Below are positions 25,719 to 38,915 of a stretch of DNA of 64,000 nt, in pieces. The stretch lies in assembly GCA_053919585.1 (NCBI GenBank), contig CM132790.1; one strand, written 5' to 3'. Source of the stretch: Euprymna scolopes (taxonomy: Eukaryota). Position numbers and translations under genes: made by a program. The notes under the pieces were generated by a model. That model saw nothing but the letters and a program-made list of their open reading frames with translations. It made no database searches and was not told where the DNA came from. Position 1 is the first letter of the stretch. Each line of letters starts with the position of its first letter.

Positions 25719-26909
25719 TATTAAAAGGAAAAATGCAAAAAAAAAAAAAAAAAAAAAAAAAAACGATCATAGACCATATTAAAATGAAAAGGAAACAGTG
25801 TTAGAATCCTACCCATATCGGGAAGGAAACTATAGGTGTGTATGGGGAGGTTGGGTTGTTCAATATATATATATACACACATTTATCAATAAGTTAAATA
25901 AATATGTACACTTTTTTTAGCTAAACGTATACATTTTGACGAATTATTTAAGGATTAAGGAAAAACGGTTATACAGGATCTGTTTTGATATTTTGTTCTT
26001 TCATTATTATTTTCCTATACTAGGGGTTAAATGGTAGAACCCCTTTCTTGGCCTAATAGTATTAGTGTTTAATATTAGTGCTGATTATAAAAGATTTCTT
26101 TAGCTTTATCTATTACGTATTTTATAATTTTCGCATGATCTAAATTAAATAAATGATCGATTGGAGGTAGAAGAACTGGATCGTTCAACGTTTCGCACGA
26201 TTTATGCGGACTTTTTCAAGGGGCATGGTCATTTATCGTTCAGGTTCTTTCCCCTCCAATCTATTTTTCATATCGTCGAATTTCATCTATCTTAACTATC
26301 ATATATGTCTGTATATATATATAATCTTTTTTTACATAGACATATATTATATCGTCTCTACATTTAACATGCTAATGTTGCGGAGCAATTGGCTTATTAC
26401 AAAAAAAAGTTCGTTGTCAGGACACAGAAATAATTTGTATCTTTTATTCAGCGCAAATGGTTCTTAAATGAAAGCAGTTAAACATGTTTTCATTTTTAAA
26501 AAAATACTTACCTGAATTGGGAGAAATGATATTAAATTACATTAAAAACTCCAAAATAGAAGGACATAAAAGGATATGAATCCTTATAATAAAAAAGAGA
26601 TGCGTAAATACAGATTAGCAATGAAAATAAATGAAAGCTAAAAAGAAGAAAAAGAGAAAGAAGAAAGAAACCACCCACACAAAAAAAGAAAGACGGAAGG
26701 AAGACGGAAGTGCCAATATAGTTATATTATACTGCTATAAGAAAACGGAGTGGTGACAAAAATATGCCTTTTTTTAGATCGTTAACATTACAAAAGAATT
26801 ACGCAAGGGGGATAATGACAAGTTAGTAATAACGGTTTGCCCTGAGGCTTCCAAACAAATATTTATATGAATGCCACACAGGTAGCAGGACATATACTAT
26901 ACTATACCA

Positions 26910-26913
<4 letters not shown>

Positions 26914-26989
<76 letters not shown>
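26914..26989. repeat. (TA)n microsatellite
   Basis: Directly visible. Confidence 0.95.
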
Positions 26990-26994
<5 letters not shown>

Positions 26995-27899
26995 TGCGAG
27001 TGTAAAGGAAGCTGTGTCGGCGTCTTGCTCCTGTAGCTGACTGTCATTAGGGGGTTTCATCGACAATCACTATCGAGAAACGGGTCGTTCTGGTTTCATA
27101 ATAGAAGAGAAAGTGACACATCATATGGACAATTTTTCTTTGGCCGTTGTTACAACGTGAGACATAGATTTCTTCAGTTTTCTTGTGATTTTTATCTTTA
27201 TAAAGTTATTGGAAATCGTCGTATACGCGGCATCCTATTCAGAAACAATTTAACGAATATTTGTGTGTGGATTAGTCTCGACTAGTCCTATTAATTTATC
27301 GTTTCAACATGTGATGGTCCATCCTACGTTAACATATAAAAGACTCTCATTGCAGACACGAAATTCCTTAAACCAGCATTGTTAAGTACATTTAATAGTG
27401 GTTGTTGGGTACGCCGCTTCGTTGCTATCGCGAACTGTTTAGCAACGTTTTAGCCTTGCTTGAATTGAAATAAGAAAGTCTGTGAGTTTTCTTTCATAGT
27501 ATCTTGTATTAAACACTCTTAAAGAAAGTGTACTTTTTTGAAAAGATTATTATGTTAAAAACTAGATCATGAGAAATTAATATATAAAGTAAATGTGTTA
27601 CTATAAAAAATACATTTGAAAATACGTCATTCGAAATCGAAATTAAAAGTCCACAATTTCAATTTTTGTTACTTTAATATATTTCGTGTATTTTTACACG
27701 CCATGATTACATTGAAACATATATTTTTGAAAAGCACCGAGAGTTTCAGTTTAAATACTTTTTGTTCGTTTGCACCCGAATTGTTTTTTAGATAGGCATC
27801 ACCTCTTATCAAGTCCAAGAGGGCAACCGAGGATAATGGTTAAAGAATGTACAGTAGAAATTGTACAATATAGTAATCGATAGTAATGAAAATTCGGTA

Positions 27900-28630
27900 A
27901 ATTTGTTAACATAAGGAACGGCTCATTAAAAAACTTGTTCAGGTTAGACTTGAAGACAAATATATTGTAGTAAACTGGAAAGAAGGAAAATGGAAAGCAA
28001 TTCTCAGTTTTAAGAACAACAGCTTTTCTCAGGGAATCTACGTTTAGGTTTAAGCACAGATAAAGAGTGGGGGAAATTAGTGATAGTGTTCTCTACTAGA
28101 CGGGTGTTTCTTGTGAAGGTTTTGTGAGAAGACAGAGATTGGAGCTCAGCCGAGCCCTTACCATGAAAATAACAATAAACCGGATACAATCTCGCAACAT
28201 CTCTTCTGTGAGATAGAGGTTGCAGGGAAGAGAAAAGGGCATCCCCTTTGAGGATATAAAGTCTATTTTGAACTCTTTCAAGGCAGGATAAATCCTTTCT
28301 AGCAGCTCCTGCCAAAATGTGGTAACGGAACTCCATCCTTGGACGTCAACAATACTCAATCTTTGGGCGTACCTGGCTTTTATATAGATAGAGACTTGCA
28401 TCAGCAGTGAGATATCTACTGGATCGCTAGAAGGATCCTACCATTTTTCCAGCGGCCTTGGCAACGGATTTTATGTATGTGTTCCATTTAAGATCAGGAA
28501 TAAAGATCAATCCCATAAGCTTTTCAAAACATAAGCCTCCCCAAGACGAGATCCGTTAATTTCAATTGATGCCAGATGGGGATCAGAGCATTGATGATGT
28601 AAAGCTAACAGCTTGGTTTTGGATGCAATT
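27900..28630 (-). mobile_element. CR1/Zenon-like LINE 3' fragment, different subfamily
   Basis: ORF 28010-28336: MEFRYHILAGA..LERVQNR..LQPLSHRRDVARLY..YFHGKGSAELQSL. Confidence 0.85.
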
Positions 28631-28973
28631 TACATATTAATGTGGTGTGCGGGACTTCATATACTATATATTGTTGGGGTGATTCCGCTAGGGCTACCTA
28701 CTGAACACCCAGTCGTTTTCAGTCGTTTGTTTTTCTGCTGCGTTTAAATATTTTTAAGTTAATTAATTGTCTTTTGGTTTAAAAATGTGAATATTCATAC
28801 ATTTTAAATGCAGCACAGAAACAACCGTCTAAGGACGAGTAAAGTTTCTGAATAAACCGCTATCAAAAACACTGCAACAGCATATAACATAGTGATCCTA
28901 TATACGTGTGTTCGAGTATACTACATAAAGATTGATACGTAAATTAAGGAATTTTTTTAAAAATTCGTTACAC

Positions 28974-29103
28974 NNNNNNNNNNNNNNNNNNNNNNNNNNN
29001 NNNNNNNNNNNNNNNNNNNNNNNNNNNNNNNNNNNNNNNNNNNNNNNNNNNNNNNNNNNNNNNNNNNNNNNNNNNNNNNNNNNNNNNNNNNNNNNNNNNN
29101 NNN
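28974..29103. other. Assembly gap
   Basis: N run. Confidence 1.
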
Positions 29104-29677
29104 NGTAGAAAACTACTGACACCTGAAAGTATCCTGTACCTCTATAAGACCACCATTCGCCCATGTAATGAGTATTGTTGTCACATTTGGACTGGTGCAT
29201 CTACTAGTCTCTCGCTCCTGGACAAGGTTCAAAAGAGAGTCGCCAATCTGATAGGCCCTGAACTGGCATATACGCATCAACCTCTGCCCCATCGACGAAA
29301 CTTTGCATCCCTCTGCCTGTTATAAAAGTATTTTAATGGGGAATGTTCTGAAGAACTGCAGTCATTTATGCCTCCACGACGTAGACACCCTTGACAAACC
29401 CGACCGACAGCTAAATCCCACCACCACACAGTAGAGATCCCTAGATGTAAAATATTTTCTACTCCAGTAGTTTCTTCCTCAGAACCGCTAGACTCTGGAA
29501 TTCCATTCCAGGCCCCTGCTTACCAAACTGTACTGACATGCAGAAGTTCAAGTGTAACGTGAACCGACATCTTGCTGCCCAAATCCAACATAGCGCCCCA
29601 GCAGTTGCTGCCCCTGATAGTAGCCCCCTGCACCAAAGTGTCTTGTTTGGGGTGAAAATGTAATAAATTAAAAAAAT
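29104..29677 (+). mobile_element. CR1/Zenon-like LINE 3' fragment (same family as 43797-47446)
   Basis: Closely matches 46860-47440 including the 3' terminus; the 5' part is lost in the gap. Confidence 0.93.
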
Positions 29678-31854
29678 ATGTTTAAATATGTGACTATGTG
29701 ATAATAATATTTTCAATGAATTGTTTTGTCGAGGGGGGTAGTTGCGTCAACAAACACCTGTTCTCCTTAATCCTTATTCATTCTGAACTGATCATCAAAC
29801 TTGGTATCATAATAGTTATTTCGCTGCACCTTACAATATAGTATATCATCCAGATCAGTAGGTTACGCTAATAAACTAGATCCGACAGAATGATAGATAT
29901 AACGACAGAATAAAATATATATAATATGGATATAGCACCATAATACAGATATTTATCAGTAACACTTATTTTTTATCGTATGTAATGAATTCTTAATGTT
30001 TTACCAAGGAATCATTAAATTACCAAGAACGATACTATTCTATTTGGTCTTAGAACAATATATTTTAATAATTTAAAAGAAGTAAGCACCAAATATTTCC
30101 ATTAGCTAACCATATCGTGGCAATAGGGATGTTCTATAATTATATTACAAACGAGGATTCTTGTACTTTGTACAAATTCCATAGAGTTTTAGCATGTTGG
30201 GTGATTAATTGGTATAATAATTTTAACATGCCATTAAACTAAAACAAATACAATGTTTAAATACTAGTGTCTGTATAATCGTGCGTAAATATAATTGCGG
30301 TTATAATTACATGTTCACTATTTTCCAGGACATATTATATTTAGATTTATGTAGGGTGCTACAACAGATGTATTATTTTTAAGTTAATGGGTCACGTTCC
30401 TTACTTTCGGTAATTAAACTAGATTTTATATTAGGGCTTGGATAGATGTTACCTCTTAGTAATTGTATTAGATTTATAGTGGCTGAACACATGAATTAAG
30501 TCGAAATAAAATATGTAATTCTATATCTAACCTGAAGAGGCTGTTCACATAAAAAAAACACTATAAATAAAAGAATAACGGGTAATAAGATCTGCAGATT
30601 ATGTATGAGTTTGAAGTACTTGTTATGAAAATTTCGTCGTCAAGTAAAATATCAGATTACATTCTGTTTTGTAATATTACACACAGAGCCAAGGGAACAC
30701 TATTGTTATTTTGCAAGTTTACTTTGTAATTTTCTCTAGATTGTTTATCTCACGAAATTATCACTCAGTTTTCTTCATATTAAACTCATTGAAATGTCTG
30801 TGTATTCACAGTTTGAGAACAGAACGATTGCAAAAACAATCAACTGAAGCCTAGGTAATCGCGGTGAACAATACAGAATTGCACTGATAATCGTTTGATT
30901 CATTGTCCAAATAAACAATAATAATCCCTTAAGGCGTTATTATATCACAGCACGATGTATTAATAAAGGAAGAAACGCATTTTAAGATTGTTTATTATGC
31001 CTGGGAGCGTTACCCTTATATTGATTTCTTTCTATATGCGTGACAATATAAATATGCTTCTATTTGATGATTTAGATTATTTCATGTGTGTTTATTTTCT
31101 GAGCAATCACTTATTTTTCAGTTTGCATAGTTAGACTTTATTTTATATATTCATTAAAATAATAATACACTGTTCTAATAAACATCAGACCCATCGGAAT
31201 GAGTGCCTTTTTACCTCGTTTTTTATTGTAATTTCTACCCAAACGATGAACAGTGCGACTGTGATGTAAAAGGCTATGTGCGGCATAATTTGTATGTGAG
31301 AAGTATGTGAGTAGCTGATAAGTAAGATGTTAGTTTACATAAAACATTAACACCTGCATGTCAGTATACTTGTGGAAACAGGAGCTCGAAAGAGGATTCT
31401 AAAGTCTAGGAGTGCTAGGGAAGAAATAAACAGAGTGGAAGGCTTTCTTATGTACATAGTACTCTAGGGTGTCGAGCTAAAACTTAGCTACTGTCGGATT
31501 TGTCGGGTTATTTATGTATTTTGCCGGAAAATCTACTAATAAAAGAGGTGGAAAACAAGCATACGGATACGTTCAGGCATAAGCAAATTTCTAGCACGAT
31601 AGAGAACCATCCTTATTTGCAGCAGACTTGTTTAATGTACTTAATGTATCTGTCGCACGTTATGTTTCCAGCAACGTAATTCAACATAGTTTGAATGATG
31701 TACTTTCATGTAAAGTATGATTAACTAAGGAAGGGTGAGCTTCCCGTATTCTTTTTGAGAGCATGTATTTAGAAGGAGTGTTTTCAGTTCATCGTGTGTA
31801 TCATCACTCTGCAGAAGAAAATCAGGAAGGAAATTGTTTGCTGGGTCCAAAATA

Positions 31855-33423
31855 CACAGAGTATGAAATAATTAACGACTTTACATTTTATTAAATATTT
31901 AAGGAACGAGTGCATAAATATCCATAAAACTTTGATAAAGTGCTTATAATACTATTCAGCTCCTCCAGTCAGAAAATAAAAGTAGTTTAAGCAGTATAAA
32001 CGAGACTGTTGCAGAAGAGAGAAATATCCGTCAATTTCACTGTGACAAGTTATTACCGAGATTGGGAAAACACACAATATATCCATAACTTGCATATTGA
32101 AATAATTTCCAAGCATTAAACGAAATAGGAAAAAATGCTTAGAACACAATACCTACATAGCAGATTCTAAGTTGACATAATTAGTATGCGGCCTTTTTTA
32201 TGAATTACATGTAAAAGAGGTCGGCCCACGGATTTAGTTAAATTTGTTTTTTCGTCAACAATTATTCATCGCGATACCTCTTGGAGAGCATTGAACAACT
32301 CGTGGTACCTCGTGAAACCTCGTGGATGGCATCCCAAATCACAGTTATGCTCTTAAATTGCCGTCCAGTTGCATAGTGACGTTGCTTCATTAAACTTCAA
32401 TGGTGCTCAATTGGGCTCAAATCTGGTGAATTCGCAGGCCACTCCATATTCCGTAGTCCAGAGAACCTCAGTTGCTGTAAACACTTTTTGCTTTTTTTTA
32501 CTGCATGCAAGGAAGCATTATCCTGCATAAATATAATGGTTGGTGTGAACGTCAAACTTTACTTAAGCAATTGTATAACTGCTCCTTCAGAAAAGCTATG
32601 TAAACATTTGACGTCATTTTTCCGCCTTCTCGGACTTTCCCTGGGCATACTAAAGTACCTCCGATAATCCTTACCAAAATCATTATCCCGCCACCTCCTG
32701 GTAGACGCTTTAAACCCTGATGAAGATGTTGTCCATCAAGGACCCATCCCTTGCTGCAGCCCTCTGAAGACACGCTCTTCGTTCGTGAACACACTTTGGA
32801 AAATCCGTGTCCATGTTGTCCTCTACTCATTTCAATCGGTTTTGTATGTGGTGTTGCTTTAATGGCATCTTTGTCACAGGCTTATCAGACTGTACCACTT
32901 CTTTCAGAATGCGACATCGAGTACTTTTTGAGGTATTCTTCAATCCGGCTTAGTAAAAGGCTTCTCGACTTGTCTGGAAAGGAGTCTTAACAACTTCACC
33001 TTTAATTTGGACTAGAGAACACCGTAAAACAACTATAGATTTCATTTATCAGCACATTCGTATGCCCCTTGACAAAGTATTTCACAATTTGATGATACCT
33101 TCCTATCATTTTCGATATTTCGATTGTAGATTTACATTTTGCCAGCGGTTCTGTAATAGTACACTTTTCAGAACTACTCAAATCACCTTTTACGAATCAT
33201 TTTATTGACGTAACAAACCGCTTTATTCATAATTTGACACACCTAACACACCGTAGACTCACCAATTACGATGGCAAGTTTATTACATTGCGCAGAACAG
33301 TACGAATATTTCACAGTACATGCAGCTCAGAATTGCCAACGTTTCTGAATCCTTTGATACAAAACTACCGGTAAGTTTTTGAAACTTGTAAAAAATGTTA
33401 TCTCGTTAATAATTTGACACTAA
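31855..33423 (-). mobile_element. Tc1-like DNA transposon, degenerate
   Basis: GWVLDG..RL-GGGGIM..GGTLVCP..GGKMTSNVY, IFMQDNASLHA and EWPANSPDLSPIEH. Decayed TIRs: AAATAATTAACGACTTTACATTTT (~31866) versus the reverse complement of 33392-33421. Confidence 0.85.
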
Positions 33424-33810
33424 GTGAGGCATAGGGGTTATATTTTTGAAGATGGCCTGTACATCTGTTGTTATTCATGTTAGTAGAGTCTTAGTAGAGA
33501 GTCTTAGAGGTTAATTTTGTGTGCAGCTATATCGCGTATATATCAAGAGAGACATATTATGAGATAGAAACCGTCTTATATATAAAGAGGCAGGGTACAA
33601 ACTAATACAGGAGAGTCGATTATGTAATTCAATGAGAGGGGATGCGTGATATATTGATAGATAGACCGCGAGATAGTTTGTTTGGCATTTACCTTTGATA
33701 GTTCTGTGAATGGAAGTGTTTCTATAAACATGGACACATATATTTCTTACCTAATTTTGAGATGATAATTTTCACAAGTTCTTATAATATAAATGGGCAA
33801 TACCTTTTTC

Positions 33811-34452
33811 TGTTGAAAACAAAACAGGAAGACGCAGTTACAAAAAGATGAAATTATTTGTTTATTCCATTTCAACCGGTCAATATATTCACATCAAGGA
33901 ATTCAAATCTTACATGATTCTTCCAACCTCCGCGTCCAAGGTTCTATCAGCTCTATCTGACTCCTCTCTTCTCCCCGCTGACTGACTGAGTCCCCGACTG
34001 CGTTTTTGACTAACTATATCGAGCTCCATGACTTCATTGCATTACAAACACTGATATATTTGACACATGGCATGATATAACTCCGGCATGAGTGCATTGC
34101 TACTCACAAGTTTCAAACATGCACGATTTGCACGTTTTGAAACAATTTCTAACGACCAGGAAATTTCCCATTCTCTTTGTTTTACAAAGGAATTCAACCT
34201 ACTTGTTAATTCTCTTACCGATATTGTAATTAAGCATTATTTCTAAGAATGTGAATAGATTTTCCAGCAAAATGTTATTCATAAAATATTTTTAAAGAAT
34301 TAACACTTTAACTGTGCATTCCATTTAAAACCTATTGTTCTTTAAAACTTATCTACAGGGATCGATTCTCGTTTTATCTGATACCATTCTCATTTAGCTA
34401 ATTATGTTTTTTATTACTTACATGAAAAGGGTACATCCCTTTTCAGGGAACA
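33811..34452 (-). mobile_element. Solo-LTR-like repeat (TG...CA), homologous to 42429-43016
   Basis: Shared blocks AAGGGATG..TTTTCATGTAAGTA, AAAGAACAATAGGTTT(T)AAATGGAATG, GTAGGTTGAATTC and TTTGAATTC..GATG..CCGGT..AATAAA. No clean TSD. Confidence 0.6.
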
Positions 34453-34459
34453 GCAGTGT

Positions 34460-35225
34460 AGAGTCACACACAACCGACGCGCAAGGAGGATTGTGTCCAC
34501 GGTTTCCGGGCAAATATCTTTATGATTGTTGGATAGTGGTGGAAAGTTATAGATTTTCCAGAATACACGAATTCCTTATATTTGTGCGTCAATGCGTTTT
34601 TGGTTCTTTCGGTATATTCTCTCTTGGCCTTTGCTATTTTCTCCTTACAATTACTACTAATTTCTATTAAATTTAGTTCAATTTTACTTAATTCATGCCG
34701 GATTAATCGGCAATATGGATGCTGCCTTTGAGCAATGAAACCGTGCACAGTGGGATTTTCTATAGTCCATCCGTGTGGGAACATGTGCTCCCTTTGCCTC
34801 TTGAACTATTTGCGCATTGTGTAAGATTTATTGTTAAACTAATCGTTTTGTGCAGCGGCTCTAAAATTTCGTGTCGGCAGTTTAGGGTTATGTCTTTCAT
34901 TATACCAACATTATCAGCATTCATCAGAGGGCAGTGGGTATATTTTACAAAATCCGTATAACTGTGTAAGACATAGCCCCGAAGTGAGGCTTGTTAATCC
35001 TGTCAATATCGAGGACTGGTCGGAAGCGTACCTGTCTCCGTCATGGAATGATGATATAGAAAATTATTTGTGATACTACCAAACAAGCGGCTCCAACTAC
35101 TGTGGGGGCATTAAATCGCCAAATATCAGTATTTGGCTGCTAGTTTCTACGGACATTGTTACATAAATCGAATCAGAGAAGTAATTGATTAGAGTACATT
35201 CTTGGGTCTAGAAGGAGCGACAATG
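34460..35225 (-). mobile_element. CR1/Zenon-like LINE internal fragment (endonuclease to tether)
   Basis: IAQRQHPYCRLIRH..KEKIAKAKREYTERTKN matches the 45292-45648 product; SDSIY..SQILIFGD lies upstream. Confidence 0.8.
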
Positions 35226-35289
35226 AAAATAACACTAAAGCTATATTTTATTTATTTATTTGCGAACTACTTTCCTGATCTTTATAATT

Positions 35290-35490
35290 GTTTTTTCACA
35301 ACTTTTCGGCCAACTATTTCTCTGACCTTCATCGGGTGGTCAATCGCGACTGAATAGAAATGGTGAATCTCACAACTGTATATTTAGGAATTATTGCCTT
35401 TCATGGCCGTTGCCTTTTAACTACGTTTTTGGCCATCTAATCCCTTATCCAATTTTGAAACCTCTATCTCCAGACAATGTTCACGTGGAG
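35290..35490 (-). mobile_element. Old PLE pLTR copy of the family at 39696-40219
   Basis: CACAACTTTTCGGCCAACT..CCTTCATCGGGTGGTCAATCGCGAC and TTGAAACCTCTATCTCCAGACAATGTTCA align to the arm and spacer of the young copy. Confidence 0.75.
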
Positions 35491-35897
35491 CAACAAATAC
35501 AACGCTGAGGATAATCGTCCGCAAATAAATATTTTGTAAAATTAATGTAACGCAGATGAATTCCTATTTGTCTGATTCTTGTTTATATTCTCTAATCATA
35601 GAAATATGTAACAAGTATGAACGTCAAAGCCGTGCATGAGTCTGTAAGTGCTCTTAAACCAAACATGTTTAATTGGTTAGAATTGATGGAGGACAAGAAG
35701 CTAATTGCAATTACCGTGAAGATACCCGGTGGGTTCGCTAGGAGAATCGTTTCAATTTACTTGTTAGTTCTAATCCAAGGATCTAATAAATGCGAGACTC
35801 AAGTGAGAACGCACAGCGTTAAGTGTATGCCGGGTTTGATTCGTCATTGACCTGTCGTTTATATAGTTTAAGTTTTAAGTAAGGAATGCAAGGCAAT

Positions 35898-36638
35898 GTG
35901 TATGGGTTTTGCCATCATCATGCAGCACAAGTTTATCATCAGTCGTCTCCTCGTTTACAGCAATCTGACCTCGAGGAGGCACACCAGAGATGAGCTCAGT
36001 GTTCCTTTCGATTAGCAACATAGTTGCGGCAAAATCCAATATCATACAACTGATTATAGAACAGCTGCTTTATACGCTACCAAATAGGTAGCACTTCTGT
36101 ACTAACCGCCGGAATACAGCAGCCAGACCAACTGTCAAAACGGTACCCTCATACTTATCAGACAAGGGTGGCTCCTTTCGCTCATGTTAGCATACATGTT
36201 AAAAACACCCCTAAAATCATCAGACTAAGGGGAAGTGAAGGGGGAGGATGTAGGTGACTGCACTGATTGACAAGTCATTAAACGAGGTCAAACACTCGGC
36301 GTCTATAAAAGGTGTTGTGCTTGCACGTCTGCTCCTAGCTAATAACTTTGTACCCTCCAAACTCTCAGCCAAGAGAGGTCTAGTCAAATCATGTTAGCAT
36401 ACATTGTAAATGTTATACCGACTTTCTATGAACAGAAGAATTTACACCGATTAGCAATATAAAAGCGCTAGTAATTCCAACACCGGTGAGGGAGATGCGA
36501 CTGCACTTGCACTCCTAGCCGAGTGCCCAGCAGATATACACGCTTTCCTATCTTTGTACATTATTGTTAATAAACGTGTTCCTTAACCAAACCTCGACTT
36601 TATTCTTCCTATCATCACTGTTGTTCCACGACACAACA
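35898..36638 (+). mobile_element. Possible solo LTR
   Basis: GC-richer block with TATAAAA (~36304), AATAAA (~36569) and a CAACA end. Flanks GCAA/GTAA may be a decayed 4-bp TSD. The start is uncertain. Confidence 0.35.
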
Positions 36639-37227
36639 GTAAACAAGTGAGCCACTTAAGAAAATGGAATGAAGAAGGCATGAACGTGCCTTCAAACTTC
36701 ACTTTTTTCAACCTGGCCAACAACCCCTAACACTGAGCATCTCGAATAAGTTTCTGTGATCGCGCCTCTGCTCTTGGCTAATAGGCAAAGAAAAGTGTAT
36801 AGAAGCAGAGCCTATCTACTCTTTAACATTTTACTTGGGGAAACCGATGATTTGATCGATTAGTTGTTGACCAAGACTGTGTTTGACTCTCCTCCCCGTT
36901 TGGTAGCAAAGTGTATGCGTTAAGTGGCACAGGTTTAATATCGGGGTTTCTTTCTCCTATATAGATTATCTCTCGATATATACGGGCATATCAGCATCGA
37001 GAGTTGTGGCAACACCCCTGTTTTAAAAGGCAAATGTTTTAAGCCCCCGCATGAGTAGTTAGAATAATACATGGTAACATCCAAGCTAGTTTGTACCTGT
37101 AATAAAGTTACATATGAAGTTATTTTAATTAAATTTTCATTTATTTTTTTACCAGGCACCAGTAAAACTACAAATAATTTAATAATTGTAAATTGAAAAA
37201 AATCGGTATATAGCATGTGATATACAT

Positions 37228-37403
37228 NNNNNNNNNNNNNNNNNNNNNNNNNNNNNNNNNNNNNNNNNNNNNNNNNNNNNNNNNNNNNNNNNNNNNNNNN
37301 NNNNNNNNNNNNNNNNNNNNNNNNNNNNNNNNNNNNNNNNNNNNNNNNNNNNNNNNNNNNNNNNNNNNNNNNNNNNNNNNNNNNNNNNNNNNNNNNNNNN
37401 NNN
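37228..37403. other. Assembly gap
   Basis: N run. Confidence 1.
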
Positions 37404-37887
37404 ATATGAAAAATGTCGAGTTATGTTTCATTCACCACAATGCAAAGATTAAGAACACATTTCTGAAATTGTAAATTATGTTTAGAATATTGATCACAAG
37501 TTGTTTATAGATTTTATGATACACAAAACGGAAGGTTATCGTTTAAAAGATAACGACTATTTTCCATAAAATGTTTAATATAGTGTACAACAACCATGGA
37601 AATATCTATAAATTAGTTATATATATTATTAAATCCGTATATTTAAGTCGCTATGCAACCAAAATTGGCTTCCTATACACCACGCTACACATGAAAATGC
37701 TGTTCACACGACTTCACCGTCAAGATTAATGTGCTAAAAATCTTAAAATAAATTTAAATCTAATACTTCTTGCACTATTGACTTACTCTCACCCACTGTC
37801 TCATCGCCACGATATCTCAACATGTGACTGTGTTACAAGGACTTTAATAGGATTCCTCCTAAAAGATCATCGCACTTTTGTTCTCAC

Positions 37888-38099
37888 TATGTATGCATAC
37901 TTTAATATTACCAACAAGAGATATATGATTTATGTATGCATACTTTAATATTACCAACAAGAGCTATATGACTTATGTATGCATACTTTAATATAACCAA
38001 CAATAGATATATGATGTATTTATGCATACTTTAATATTACCAACAAGAGATATATGATTTATGTATGCATACTTTAATATTACCAACAAAAGATATGTG
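37888..38099. repeat. 43-bp minisatellite, five copies
   Basis: Units at 37888, 37931, 37974, 38017 and 38060: TATGTATGCATACTTTAATATTACCAACAAGAGATATATGATT. Confidence 0.95.
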
Positions 38100-38599
38100 C
38101 CATCTTGATCACTCATGTTACTAGATGGCAGAATGGCACATCTTTTTAATAGTTTTTATTCCCTCCACCTACTTGTCTTTAGAATTTCTTTCATTTCCTG
38201 TTACGTGATTGTACCAACGATTCCAAGAGAACATGCAATGGAAATTGACATTTAGCTACTAAATTCCCTACTCCCTTCCGTTGTACACGATCTGAAATAA
38301 CAACCTCTTGCTTATTAAATGGCGATATGAATTGTTTGGGGTAAGAAGTACATACTACCAAGTACCTTACTGAGATAAATAAGCAGGAATTGCTTTAATA
38401 GTCACTGGCAAGCATATATCATGGATTATGTTAAAGCAGTGCACATTACCTATGTACAGAATATAAACGAATCACACAGGTATGATTTAAAATACCTACG
38501 AAAACAAACACTGTTATAATTTTTATTATCATAACATATTGCACTAACAATAGCAACAATAAATAAACTGCATCTATAATATCTTTCCCCAGAAAAAGG

Positions 38600-38915
38600 G
38601 ATCTTTTCAGGTCATCTATTGTGACGTCTGACAGAAAACGAAAGTAAGGGGGTTATTTTGTCCAATTTTGACTGACTAGCACGCTAGTTTTCTCGGGTGA
38701 CTCTTGATTGTTTGATATTGGATGAATTGTTAACAGCCTATTATTTACTACACCGTTGTAAATTTTGCAGAAATAACGGATTCCTAATTTCTGAGCTTCA
38801 CTGCGATTTCTAGAGGTCTCAATATATTCTTTCTTAGCTGTCGTTAGTTTTTTTTTTTTATAATTACTTCTAGCTTCTATAAAGTTTTGTCTGTTTGTAC
38901 TGGGTTGATATGATG
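38600..38915 (-). mobile_element. CR1/Zenon-like LINE internal fragment (tether)
   Basis: QPSTNRQNFIEARSNYKK..TAKKEYIETSRNRSEAQKLGIRYFCKIY is homologous to the 45490-45650 product. Confidence 0.8.

Larger units (their letters stand above)
21643..26158 (-). mobile_element. Penelope-like retroelement with two direct pLTRs, disabled and interrupted
   Basis: ORF 24851-25267 ends IIILQADKGGDIVI. Downstream are LYGLPKTHKENIPMRPIVSNIGS, SLYTNIP, GLPMGNPLSGVLACLF and YFRYIDGIL. Direct repeats 21643-22190 and 25636-26158 encode the EN C-terminus (DHAKI..KR..SALI) and carry hammerhead motifs. Foreign DNA lies at ~22190-23640. Confidence 0.92.

Noticed and set aside
28898-29200. ORFs spanning N runs (also 37168-37474 and 56724-57149)
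   Set aside because: Open only because of assembly gaps.
37888-38099. CRISPR-like or functional repeat
   Set aside because: Simple head-to-tail 43-bp minisatellite without spacers.
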